Below, piece after piece: positions 52,090 through 60,100 of a stretch of 64,000 nucleotides of DNA. Made by a program: the position numbers and the translations under genes. Origin of the DNA: Polyangiales bacterium (lineage in GTDB: Bacteria; Myxococcota_A; Polyangia; Polyangiales; Houyiibacteriaceae); the NCBI GenBank assembly GCA_045106895.1, contig JBGCFM010000160.1, positions 1-64,000 of the forward strand. The letters run 5' to 3'. The notes beneath the pieces are model-generated. The model worked only from the letters and a program-made list of their open reading frames with translations, searched no databases and was not told the DNA's origin. Every line of letters begins with the position of its first letter. The first letter of the stretch is position 1.

Positions 52090-52742
52090 CGACCCGTGTC
52101 CTGTTGATCGACGATGATGCACGGCTCCACGAGCTGCTGCAGCGCTACCTGACGCCCCATGAGGTCGTCGTCGATCACGCGGACAACGGGAATGCCGGGC
52201 TGACGAAGTTACGGGAAGGAGCCTACGACGCTGTTCTCCTCGACGTGATGATGCCCGGTATGGGAGGACTTGAGGTGTTGCGCGAGATACGTACACGAAG
52301 CGCGGTGCCGGTGGTGATGCTGACGGCGCGCGGCGACGAGACGGATCGCGTCGTCGGCCTGGAGATGGGCGCAGATGACTACGTGCCGAAACCTTTTGCG
52401 CCGCGTGAGCTCTTAGCGAGGCTGCGCGCGATCCTGAGGCGCGTTTCGCCGGGTCTCGAATCGAAACGTCTCAGCGCCGGTGGCGTGGTCCTCGACCTTG
52501 AACGTCGCGAGGCAAAACACGAAGGTAGCGTGGTGACGCTGACGGGCGTGGAGTTCGATGTGCTCTGCGTGCTCGTGCGCCGCGCCGGGCGCGTTGTGCC
52601 ACGGAGCGCGATTCTCGAAGCGCTGGACCGCGGTAGCGTGGGCGAGCGAACGGTGGACGTGCATGTGGCGAGCCTTCGCAAGAAGCTCGGCGATGACCTC
52701 ATCGCGACGGTGCGCGGCGCCGGATACGTGTTCAAGTCATGA
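52086..52742 (+). CDS. OmpR/CpxR-family response regulator
   Basis: LLIDDD, LLDVMMP, GADDYVPKPF, TVRGAGY. Confidence 0.95.
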   Translation: MTTRVLLIDDDARLHELLQRYLTPHEVVVDHADNGNAGLTKLREGAYDAVLLDVMMPGMGGLEVLREIRTRSAVPVVMLTARGDETDRVVGLEMGADDYVPKPFAPRELLARLRAILRRVSPGLESKRLSAGGVVLDLERREAKHEGSVVTLTGVEFDVLCVLVRRAGRVVPRSAILEALDRGSVGERTVDVHVASLRKKLGDDLIATVRGAGYVFKS

Positions 52743-53953
52743 GGCACGGCAAAGAGAAGTGCGTCAAAGCTGGGCACCCAGGTGGCCGCTCGCTGCGCCG
52801 CATCCTCTTTAAGTGGTTCTTGCTCTCGCTGATGCTCAGCTCCGGCGCTTCTGCGCTCACGTTTTCCCTCGTGAGCGATCGAGAGTGGGGAGGTCCTATC
52901 CAGCAAGGAGAGGCCTTCTTGGCGTTGCAGTTCGCGCGTGTGTGGGACGATGTGCCACGCCGCGAAGCTCTTGCTCGAGATCTGGAAACCGAGTTCTCCA
53001 TGAGCGTTCGCGTCATGGATGCCGACGGCGGGATGCTGCGCGACGCGCCCCCTTGCCACGAGCAGCACAGCTTCAATGTGCGCGGCGTGCGAGGCGCCGA
53101 CACGCAGGCTCTGCTGGGCCGCGTGGAGCTTTGTGTCCATCATGTTCACCCGGCTTGGTGGCGCATCGCGCTTGTCATCGGAGCCGGCCTTTTGATGGTG
53201 CTCTTCCTCAGCGGAGTTCTCGCGCATCGCCTCTCGTTCCCTCTTCGGCGCGTGGCCCAAGCTGCTCAGCGGCTTGCTGATGGAGACCTTGAAGCGCGCG
53301 TCGGCAAGTTCCGCGGTCACGATGAAACAAGGCTACTCGCGAAGGTCTTCGACCACATGGCGGAGCGTCTCGGAAAACAGATCGAGGAGCAGCGCGAAGT
53401 GCTCGCGCTGGTCAGCCACGAGGTGCGCACGCCGCTCGGTCACTTGCGGCTTCTTATCGAGATGGGACGTGAAGGAAGCGACGTCGACTGGGATGAGCTC
53501 GCGTTAGAAACCGAAGAGCTTGAAGAGCTTATGGCGAAGCTCCTGGCGCGCTCGCGCGTGGACGCGGGGCATGTGGAACGCAGCCGCGTCGATGTTCTCG
53601 AGCTGGCCCAGCGTGCGCTGGCGCGGCAAGGCATCGACGAGTCGAAGGCGAAGCTTGAAGGCGACGAGCGTATATTTGCCATCGACCCCACGCTCGTGGC
53701 GAGGGCGATGGCGAACCTCGTCCGAAACGCCGAAACGCATGGTGGCGGTCTTACGGAGATCGTCGTTCATGTTGGCGATGAGCTTCGCCTAGACGTGAGA
53801 GACGCCGGTCCTGGACTGGGCGAAGAGCGCGTGAGCGATGGATTGGGGTTAGGGCTGCCGCTCGTGCGAGCCATCGCCGCAGCCCACGAAGGAGAGCTGA
53901 CGTTTGAGCAAGAGTCCGCGGGCCACACCGCTCGCTTGGTACTCCCCGCCTAG
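52739..53953 (+). CDS. HAMP sensor histidine kinase
   Basis: Two TMs, HAMP, VSHEVRTPL, NLVRNA, DAGPG, GLGLGL. Confidence 0.92.
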   Translation: MRHGKEKCVKAGHPGGRSLRRILFKWFLLSLMLSSGASALTFSLVSDREWGGPIQQGEAFLALQFARVWDDVPRREALARDLETEFSMSVRVMDADGGMLRDAPPCHEQHSFNVRGVRGADTQALLGRVELCVHHVHPAWWRIALVIGAGLLMVLFLSGVLAHRLSFPLRRVAQAAQRLADGDLEARVGKFRGHDETRLLAKVFDHMAERLGKQIEEQREVLALVSHEVRTPLGHLRLLIEMGREGSDVDWDELALETEELEELMAKLLARSRVDAGHVERSRVDVLELAQRALARQGIDESKAKLEGDERIFAIDPTLVARAMANLVRNAETHGGGLTEIVVHVGDELRLDVRDAGPGLGEERVSDGLGLGLPLVRAIAAAHEGELTFEQESAGHTARLVLPA

Positions 53954-54015
53954 CGCGGGACTCCAACGATTCCAATCCCAGATGACCGGGGCGGGCCCGC
54001 CCCTAGCTTGTCTTG

Positions 54016-54492
54016 ATGCGCTGGATCACAGAACTCAAGTCTTGGCAGGTGTTGTTCATTCTCGTCGTCCCGGGATTCGTCGGAGCGTTGCTACCGCTCG
54101 AGTGGTCCGCCAGCGTCGCGCTGGTCGCCGTCCCCGGTCTTCTCATGTACGGCTGGCAGTGGTTTGCTGTCCGGGCGCTCTTGGCGCGCATTCCTGACAA
54201 TCGCCGGCCGAACACCGTCGCGTTTCAAATCGCTGGGGCCTACGCCGTGACCTACTTCACAGGGTTCATGGTCAGCATCGCCACGTTCTCCATCGACGGC
54301 ATCTTCGAGTTCATCGGCCCGTTTCATGTCGCGGCGATGTTCGCGTCGCTCTACATGTATTGGTTCGTGTCGAAGGTCACTACGCTCGTTCGTGGCGATG
54401 ACCAGGCATGGGTTCGTTTCGCCACCTTCATCGTCTTCTCGCCGCTCGCCATTTGGCGAACTCAGGGCGTCGTCTCTGAAGTCAGAGTCTAA
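54016..54492 (+). CDS. Multi-pass membrane hypothetical protein
   Basis: Four or five hydrophobic segments. Confidence 0.6.
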   Translation: MRWITELKSWQVLFILVVPGFVGALLPLEWSASVALVAVPGLLMYGWQWFAVRALLARIPDNRRPNTVAFQIAGAYAVTYFTGFMVSIATFSIDGIFEFIGPFHVAAMFASLYMYWFVSKVTTLVRGDDQAWVRFATFIVFSPLAIWRTQGVVSEVRV

Positions 54493-54513
54493 GCGCGCGT
54501 GGTGTCGCGGCGC

Positions 54514-54756
54514 CTATTCGTTTTGAACGAGGGCGCCACTGCGCCAGCCGGGCGTCCACTTTCTACGCTCGCGCAGCTCCCGCCACGGGATCGTTTTCTC
54601 CCGCAGGAGACGAACCGAGCGCAGAAGGCACTCGTCGGTGGCACTCAAGTAGTCGACGACTTCGTAGTGAGTGGGCCGGTCGTCGCCTGGGTCTAAGATG
54701 TGGCAGGTCCACTTCGACCCGACGAGTCGCTTGGTGTTCTGTGGGTGTTCCGGCAC
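54514..54756 (-). CDS. TIGR02450-like small Trp-rich protein
   Basis: N.KRLVGSKWT..IPWRELR..WTPGW. Confidence 0.7.
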   Translation of the reverse strand: MPEHPQNTKRLVGSKWTCHILDPGDDRPTHYEVVDYLSATDECLLRSVRLLREKTIPWRELRERRKWTPGWRSGALVQNE

Positions 54757-54822
54757 GAGCGAGGGCCTAGGGTCGGGGGCGCCGCGTGTCCATACGTGCG
54801 CGTTTATGCGGAGTGACGAGAG

Positions 54823-55461
54823 TTAGTGCTCGACTCGGCCCTCGGGTTCGGCCCACTGAAGCGGGAAGAGCCCAACCTGGTGTGGCTTTGGCAGCTCGCT
54901 CAAACCGTCGATGAGGTCCTCCCAGTCGGCTTCGCGAAAGGTCGACATGAGAGATTCGAGTTCGCCCACGTCGTCGGTGACGTAGTCGATGGGGATGGGG
55001 CGAAACCCGCTCCAGTGCGGAGCGTCGGGGACTCGGTTTTCGTAGAGCGCGACGGTCGCCACGCGGGTGCCGACGACGGGCTTGTCTGTGCCGATGAGCG
55101 GCACGCGCTCTTCGGTGATTTTGATCGCCGGATAGTAGCCGCCGCCCTTGCTCATGTCCGTCAGTACGGCGACGCGCATGGGCGAGACCGAGACGACGAC
55201 GCCGGGGTTTGCGTCGCCAAAGTGAAAGTGCTCCGCGAGACCGTTGAAGTACCAGCGGAGCACCTGCATGAAGACCATGCCGGGGATGACCCACGCCCAG
55301 TGCTGAAAGACGATGCCCACGAGCGATACGACGACCGGCAGGCTCCAGACGAGGGGCCAAAAGGGCCGGTGTCTCGCCCAGCGGAGTCGTTTTACGGAGA
55401 CTCGCCCGGGGTTGCTAGCGATGGAGTGCGGGTCCACGAAGCGAGGCTCGGTTTCGGACAT
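54823..55461 (-). CDS. DUF3239-like membrane protein
   Basis: Two TMs then PGVVVS..VAVLTDM..RVATVALY..WSGFRPIP. Confidence 0.65.
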   Translation of the reverse strand: MSETEPRFVDPHSIASNPGRVSVKRLRWARHRPFWPLVWSLPVVVSLVGIVFQHWAWVIPGMVFMQVLRWYFNGLAEHFHFGDANPGVVVSVSPMRVAVLTDMSKGGGYYPAIKITEERVPLIGTDKPVVGTRVATVALYENRVPDAPHWSGFRPIPIDYVTDDVGELESLMSTFREADWEDLIDGLSELPKPHQVGLFPLQWAEPEGRVEH

Positions 55462-55509
55462 GCGCGCAGCATGGGCGCTCGGCGGAGGCGCCGCGAGTGA
55501 AGATTCCGG

Positions 55510-56037
55510 CTAGGTGTGTCGTCCTCGACGTCGCCGCCGCCGCAGAAGAAGAAGGAGCGGCATCAGCGCATACGCGTGGGCCGACGAGCGGCTCGACGTG
55601 GAACAGCGCGAACAGCTGGGCCTCGGCGTGGGGTAGTTGTCGGCGGAGCGGGTGTTTCTTCCGCAGCGCGTTGAGCTGATAGGGCCGCGATCGGTATCGT
55701 ACGCGCGGACTCGGTAACGACCACGCGGGAGTGGTTCGAGAGAGTAGTCCGCGAACATACGAACCGTGAATCTCTCGGACAGGTCGCCCTGGAGCGCGTC
55801 GACGACTTCGAAGGTGACGGCGACGTAGAGGAACGAGCGGGCGCCGGCTGGGTTCCACTCAGGGTCATCGCGATGGATGAGGGTCTGCTCGACGATGTCT
55901 CCCACGAAGACCCAGTCCGCTGCGGCGTCGAGGGACTGCTCGGTTTCGCCCGGTGCCGGAATTTGCGCGCACTCCGCGTGGGCTCTTTGGGCGGACAAGA
56001 GCGCGGCGAAGAGCAGGAGAGTGGAGACGGTGCGCAC
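55510..56037 (-). CDS. Exported protein with MYXO-CTERM-like sorting tail
   Basis: Signal AHA-EC; ADWVFVGDIV; C-terminal CS..LLLLLRRRRRR. Confidence 0.65.
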   Translation of the reverse strand: MRTVSTLLLFAALLSAQRAHAECAQIPAPGETEQSLDAAADWVFVGDIVEQTLIHRDDPEWNPAGARSFLYVAVTFEVVDALQGDLSERFTVRMFADYSLEPLPRGRYRVRAYDTDRGPISSTRCGRNTRSADNYPTPRPSCSRCSTSSRSSAHAYALMPLLLLLRRRRRRGRHT

Positions 56038-56101
56038 CGGAGCATCCTAACCCAGGACCGATGAAACTTGACGTTGGGGGTGGGTTGGGCAGCTTGTGCG
56101 C

Positions 56102-56458
56102 ATGGTCCGCGTGGTCTCGTTTGGGTTTAAGTATGGGGAGCCGTATCCGATAGCGGACATGCGTCTGGATCTGCGGCGCCGGCTTCGGAACCCGCAGGAC
56201 CAGGTGCCGAAGGGGGCTGTGGGCACGGACAAGGTCGTGATCTCCGCGGTCTTGAGCACGGCGGAGAACCGCAAGGTGCTGCAGCGTTACTACGAGCGCG
56301 CGCGGATGTTGGCGCGGGAGAAGCCCGAGTGTGTCATCGCTTTTGGATGCAAGAGCGGCATTCATCGGAGCGTGGTGTTCGCCAACGAGCTGGCGGCGCG
56401 CCTGGTCAAAGATGGGCACGAGGTGGAGGTGGAGCACGTTCACCTCCGCGTGCCATAG
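56102..56458 (+). CDS. Stand-alone RapZ C-terminal-like domain protein
   Basis: VVSFGFKYG, DLR..NP, IAFGCKSGIHRSV. Confidence 0.78.
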   Translation: MVRVVSFGFKYGEPYPIADMRLDLRRRLRNPQDQVPKGAVGTDKVVISAVLSTAENRKVLQRYYERARMLAREKPECVIAFGCKSGIHRSVVFANELAARLVKDGHEVEVEHVHLRVP

Positions 56459-56465
56459 TGAGGGC

Positions 56466-57035
56466 ATGGCAAGCCCCTTCGCGAAGCTTGAGGTGCCCTT
56501 CGTGGATGAAGCGCTCTCCGTGGAGACGCACAAGACGTGGGTGTGGCCGTTCTACTTGAAGCGGCCTCATACGAATGAGTTTCGCGAAGCGCTCCATGCG
56601 CAGTTTGACGAGATCGATGAAGCCCTCGTCGTCCGCCTGCTCTCTTCGAGGAACTGGCGACCTCGCATCGTCGGCGGGTACCTGGCGGCGGCGGCGAACT
56701 TGGTGGGCCTAGAGGAGCACTTGGGTCGTTTGTTCTTGCGCAGCGACGCTTGCTACGCGGGTCGTGGCTACTGTCAGGCGATCACACGTTTCAATACGCC
56801 GGCGTCCGTGAGCGTTTTGCGCCAGTACCTCGACTACTACCTCGAGAAGCACGAGTACTACTTCGAACAAGGGGAAGCGATGGCGGCGTTGACGCACCTG
56901 GACGCGGAGAACGGGACGGCGTTGTCGAGGGAGTATGACGAGCGGTGGGCGCGCTACGTCGAAGGCAAAGGCTGGGAGCTGCCACGCATCGTCGAGCGTT
57001 TCGAGCGCGACCGGATCGCGTTATGTCGCCCCTAA
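56466..57035 (+). CDS. DUF6000-like hypothetical protein
   Basis: PFYL, NWRPRIVG, CYAGRGYC, YLDYYL..FEQGEAM. Confidence 0.65.
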   Translation: MASPFAKLEVPFVDEALSVETHKTWVWPFYLKRPHTNEFREALHAQFDEIDEALVVRLLSSRNWRPRIVGGYLAAAANLVGLEEHLGRLFLRSDACYAGRGYCQAITRFNTPASVSVLRQYLDYYLEKHEYYFEQGEAMAALTHLDAENGTALSREYDERWARYVEGKGWELPRIVERFERDRIALCRP

Positions 57036-57075
57036 GCTCATTGGACCGGGCTCTCGTTCTATTGCACGTAGACGC

Positions 57076-58239
57076 TCAGGGCGTGCAGCTTGGGCCTGCC
57101 GATGCGCAGAGTTCGGGCTCCGTTCGTGGCTGCGACCAGATCCGTACGCCGTCCAGACGCCCGACGAACTGATCTCCCCCGCCGGGGCTGTCTTCGCCGA
57201 TGTGAAGCGCCGCGGACCCCGATGGAGTCTCGCCGCTTAGAGCCGCACGATCGTCCTCGCTCCCGTTTCGGTGGAGCAGAATCTCGCGCCCGTCCATCGT
57301 GCAGGCGATGTGAGTCCACTCGCCGGCCGCGAGCGGTCGGGAGCTGACCGCGACTCCCACCCCCGCCGTGCATCGCACGGATCCATCGGTCTGTAGAAAG
57401 AGCCCGTATTGCCCATTCTTGTCGACGAGTCCTCGCCGGCCGTCTGCTGGGATCGCGTCCGGGAGAACCCATAACTCGATGGTGAAATGTGGGAAGTTGA
57501 GACCCATCGGTGCGAGCGCGACCGCGGCGCTTGGCTCGTCCAACACAAGTGATTCGCCGCTGACACCGGGGGCGAAGGATACCTCGGTGAGAGTCAGGTC
57601 GTTTCCAGCGGCGGAGCCGTCGATTCCGCCGGACTCGAATTCGTAGCAAGCGACGAGTTCGTCGTCCTCGGGGTCACAGAAGACCGGGGCAATCGGCGCA
57701 TCTTCAAAGGGTGCGTCGGATCCCGCATCGAATGGAGTGCTGTGGGCATCGGCGTCCACCGTCGCGTCGCGCTGTCCGGCGTCCGCGCCGGAATCTGGGC
57801 CTGTGCTTCGCGCGAATACCTCCAGCGCGTCGGAGACGGTGTGACCTTTGGGGCCCGACACACGAAGGTCGTAGTAAGCAGCGGGCATCGGAGATGAGAG
57901 CTGAACATGAAGCCCTTCCGCGTCCACGCCGGTGACTGTTGCCCTTTGGGTCCCAAGCCAGACCTCGACCCCGGCGCGAAGGTGAAGGTCATCGCCTTCG
58001 GCTTCGAGGTAGTCCGACGGCGCAAGCCCACCCACGACAAAGTCCGTTGTCGTGACGTCGGCAACGGGGACTCGGCTTGGAGCGAGAGTGGGCTGATGGC
58101 TGTCGCAGGCGGTGAGGAGCACGAACGCGCCGAGGGCAACGAAAGCGACACATCCCCGAGCGACTTCAGTCACGGACTTCCTGGCTTGCAGTCGATTGTG
58201 CATCGTCGAAGCGGAAGATGACGTGCATACCCCACGCAA
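57076..58239 (-). CDS. Lipoprotein with LamG/concanavalin-like domain
   Basis: Lipobox LTAC; FTIELWV, GEWTHIACT, FVGRLDGVRIW; start uncertain. Confidence 0.8.
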   Translation of the reverse strand: MRGVCTSSSASTMHNRLQARKSVTEVARGCVAFVALGAFVLLTACDSHQPTLAPSRVPVADVTTTDFVVGGLAPSDYLEAEGDDLHLRAGVEVWLGTQRATVTGVDAEGLHVQLSSPMPAAYYDLRVSGPKGHTVSDALEVFARSTGPDSGADAGQRDATVDADAHSTPFDAGSDAPFEDAPIAPVFCDPEDDELVACYEFESGGIDGSAAGNDLTLTEVSFAPGVSGESLVLDEPSAAVALAPMGLNFPHFTIELWVLPDAIPADGRRGLVDKNGQYGLFLQTDGSVRCTAGVGVAVSSRPLAAGEWTHIACTMDGREILLHRNGSEDDRAALSGETPSGSAALHIGEDSPGGGDQFVGRLDGVRIWSQPRTEPELCASAGPSCTP

Positions 58240-58270
58240 CGGACGTTTTTCTGCAACCTAAAGGCGTTAA

Positions 58271-58927
58271 CTAAACAACGAGCTTTCCGGCCTTCAGCGC
58301 CCGTCTTCGAGAGATCTCCACGCCAACGGCATCGAGTCCCCGGGCGTTCGCGGCGGCGAGGATAGAGCCGTGGCCACAGAAAGGGTCGACGACGGTGGTG
58401 CACTTCGTGTGTGCTTTGAGGAAACGGATAACGGCGTCGCAGACGTCGCTCCCCATGGCGCGGCTCCAGCTCATATCGCCGACCTGAGGCAGAACATCGG
58501 GGGTTGATTGGCCTGGCGGCAGTAGCGCCTCGCGGCTGAAGCAGAGCAGGTGAGCGTAGGCGGGCCGGCCGAAGGTGGTGGTGCCTGGGGGAACGCGGCA
58601 CACGACCTTGCGCCAAAGCAGGTGACTTTTTGCCCGAGCGGCGCCTTCGCTGACCATCAAGCTCTTATCGACCCAGCGCCCCTCGTGCTTGATGTCGGTT
58701 TGGTAGAAGATCACAAACGCGTCTTCGTGGGCGGAGCGACATGCCTGCTCGGCTGCGGCTGTGAACCAGGCGCGCCAAGCGTCGAAGCCGAGGTCTGGGA
58801 GTCCGCTGACATCGGGGAGCGATGTGACGATGGCATCGTTCGGACCCAGCGAGGCGTTGCGGAGCCAGTCGACGCCGTCGCCAAGGTGGATCACCCGCTG
58901 AGGCTTGTCTTCCGAATGGGTCACCAA
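58271..58927 (-). CDS. SAM-dependent methyltransferase resembling beta-class N6/N4 DNA methylases
   Basis: IHLGDG, IVTSLPD at the motif IV position, C-terminal VVDPFCGHGS..GVEIS. Confidence 0.72.
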   Translation of the reverse strand: MVTHSEDKPQRVIHLGDGVDWLRNASLGPNDAIVTSLPDVSGLPDLGFDAWRAWFTAAAEQACRSAHEDAFVIFYQTDIKHEGRWVDKSLMVSEGAARAKSHLLWRKVVCRVPPGTTTFGRPAYAHLLCFSREALLPPGQSTPDVLPQVGDMSWSRAMGSDVCDAVIRFLKAHTKCTTVVDPFCGHGSILAAANARGLDAVGVEISRRRALKAGKLVV

Positions 58928-58985
58928 AGGACCCTCGCACGGAGTGTCGCGTGCGCCAGTCCCGCCCGCGTCCTAAGCAGTCGCT

Positions 58986-60014
58986 ATGACTCAATCGAAG
59001 GCCGTGAATCGCCAAGTCGTCCTCGCCGAGCGCCCCAAAGGTGAGCCCGCCGACGGCACGCTGAAGCTCGTAGAGGGGCCCGTTCCATCGCCGGGCGCAG
59101 ACGAAATGCTCCTGCGGACGGAGTTCCTCTCACTCGACCCCTACATGCGGGGGCGGATGAGCGCGACGAAGTCGTACGCGGAGCCCGTGCCCATCGGCGG
59201 CGTCATGGTCGGCGGCACCGTGGCTCAGGTTATGGAGTCCAACGTCGACGCCTTCGCCGCCGGAGACTACGTGGTGAGCTACCACGGCTGGCAGGACTAC
59301 GCGCTCTCCGATGGGAAGGGCGTGCAGAACCTTGGGCCTTCATTCGAGCGGCGCTCCTGGGCACTGGGTGTCCTTGGGATGCCAGGCTTTACGGCCTGGG
59401 CCGGCCTGATGAAGATCGGGGAGCCGAAGGCCGGCGAGACGCTCGTCGTCGCGGCGGCGACGGGACCCGTCGGGGCCACCGTGGGGCAGATCGGGAAGAT
59501 CCTGGGCTGTCGCGTTGTCGGAATCGCCGGCGGTCCCGACAAGTGCGCGCACGGCGTCGAGAAGCTCGGTTTCGATGCGTGCATCGACCACAAGGCCGCG
59601 GACTTTGCCCAGCAGCTGAAGGACGCGTGCCCGAAGGGCATCGACGTCTACTACGAAAATGTAGGCGGCAAGGTCCTCGACGCGGTCATTCCGCTGCTGA
59701 ACTCGAGCGCGCGCATTCCGCTCTGCGGCTTGGTGTCTCAATACAACGCGACGGAGCTACCGGAAGGACCGGACCGCATGAACTGGCTCATGGGGCAGAT
59801 GCTGACCAAGCGAGTCAAGCTTCAGGGCTTCATCGTCTTTGATGACTTCGGGCATCTTTACCCGGAGTTCGCTCAAGTCATGGGCGAGTGGATCGCTCAG
59901 GGGAAGATCGAGTACACCGAGGAGATCATCGACGGGCTCGAGAATGCCGCTGCATCGCTCGTTGGGCTGCTCAAGGGTGAGAACTTTGGGAAGCGCGTGA
60001 TCCGGGTTGGCTAG
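58986..60014 (+). CDS. curA: NADP-dependent oxidoreductase (CurA/YncB, prostaglandin reductase-like MDR)
   Basis: SLDPYMRGRM, GMPGFTAW, AATGPVG, GENFGK. Confidence 0.9.
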   Translation: MTQSKAVNRQVVLAERPKGEPADGTLKLVEGPVPSPGADEMLLRTEFLSLDPYMRGRMSATKSYAEPVPIGGVMVGGTVAQVMESNVDAFAAGDYVVSYHGWQDYALSDGKGVQNLGPSFERRSWALGVLGMPGFTAWAGLMKIGEPKAGETLVVAAATGPVGATVGQIGKILGCRVVGIAGGPDKCAHGVEKLGFDACIDHKAADFAQQLKDACPKGIDVYYENVGGKVLDAVIPLLNSSARIPLCGLVSQYNATELPEGPDRMNWLMGQMLTKRVKLQGFIVFDDFGHLYPEFAQVMGEWIAQGKIEYTEEIIDGLENAAASLVGLLKGENFGKRVIRVG

Positions 60015-60100
60015 TTTGCGATTCAGAAAGGTGGAGGAGACCTGACTTGTGTCCTGCAGCCCGATGGCTGCGTTGCTCCTCCTCGAAACATCGCGGCTAG

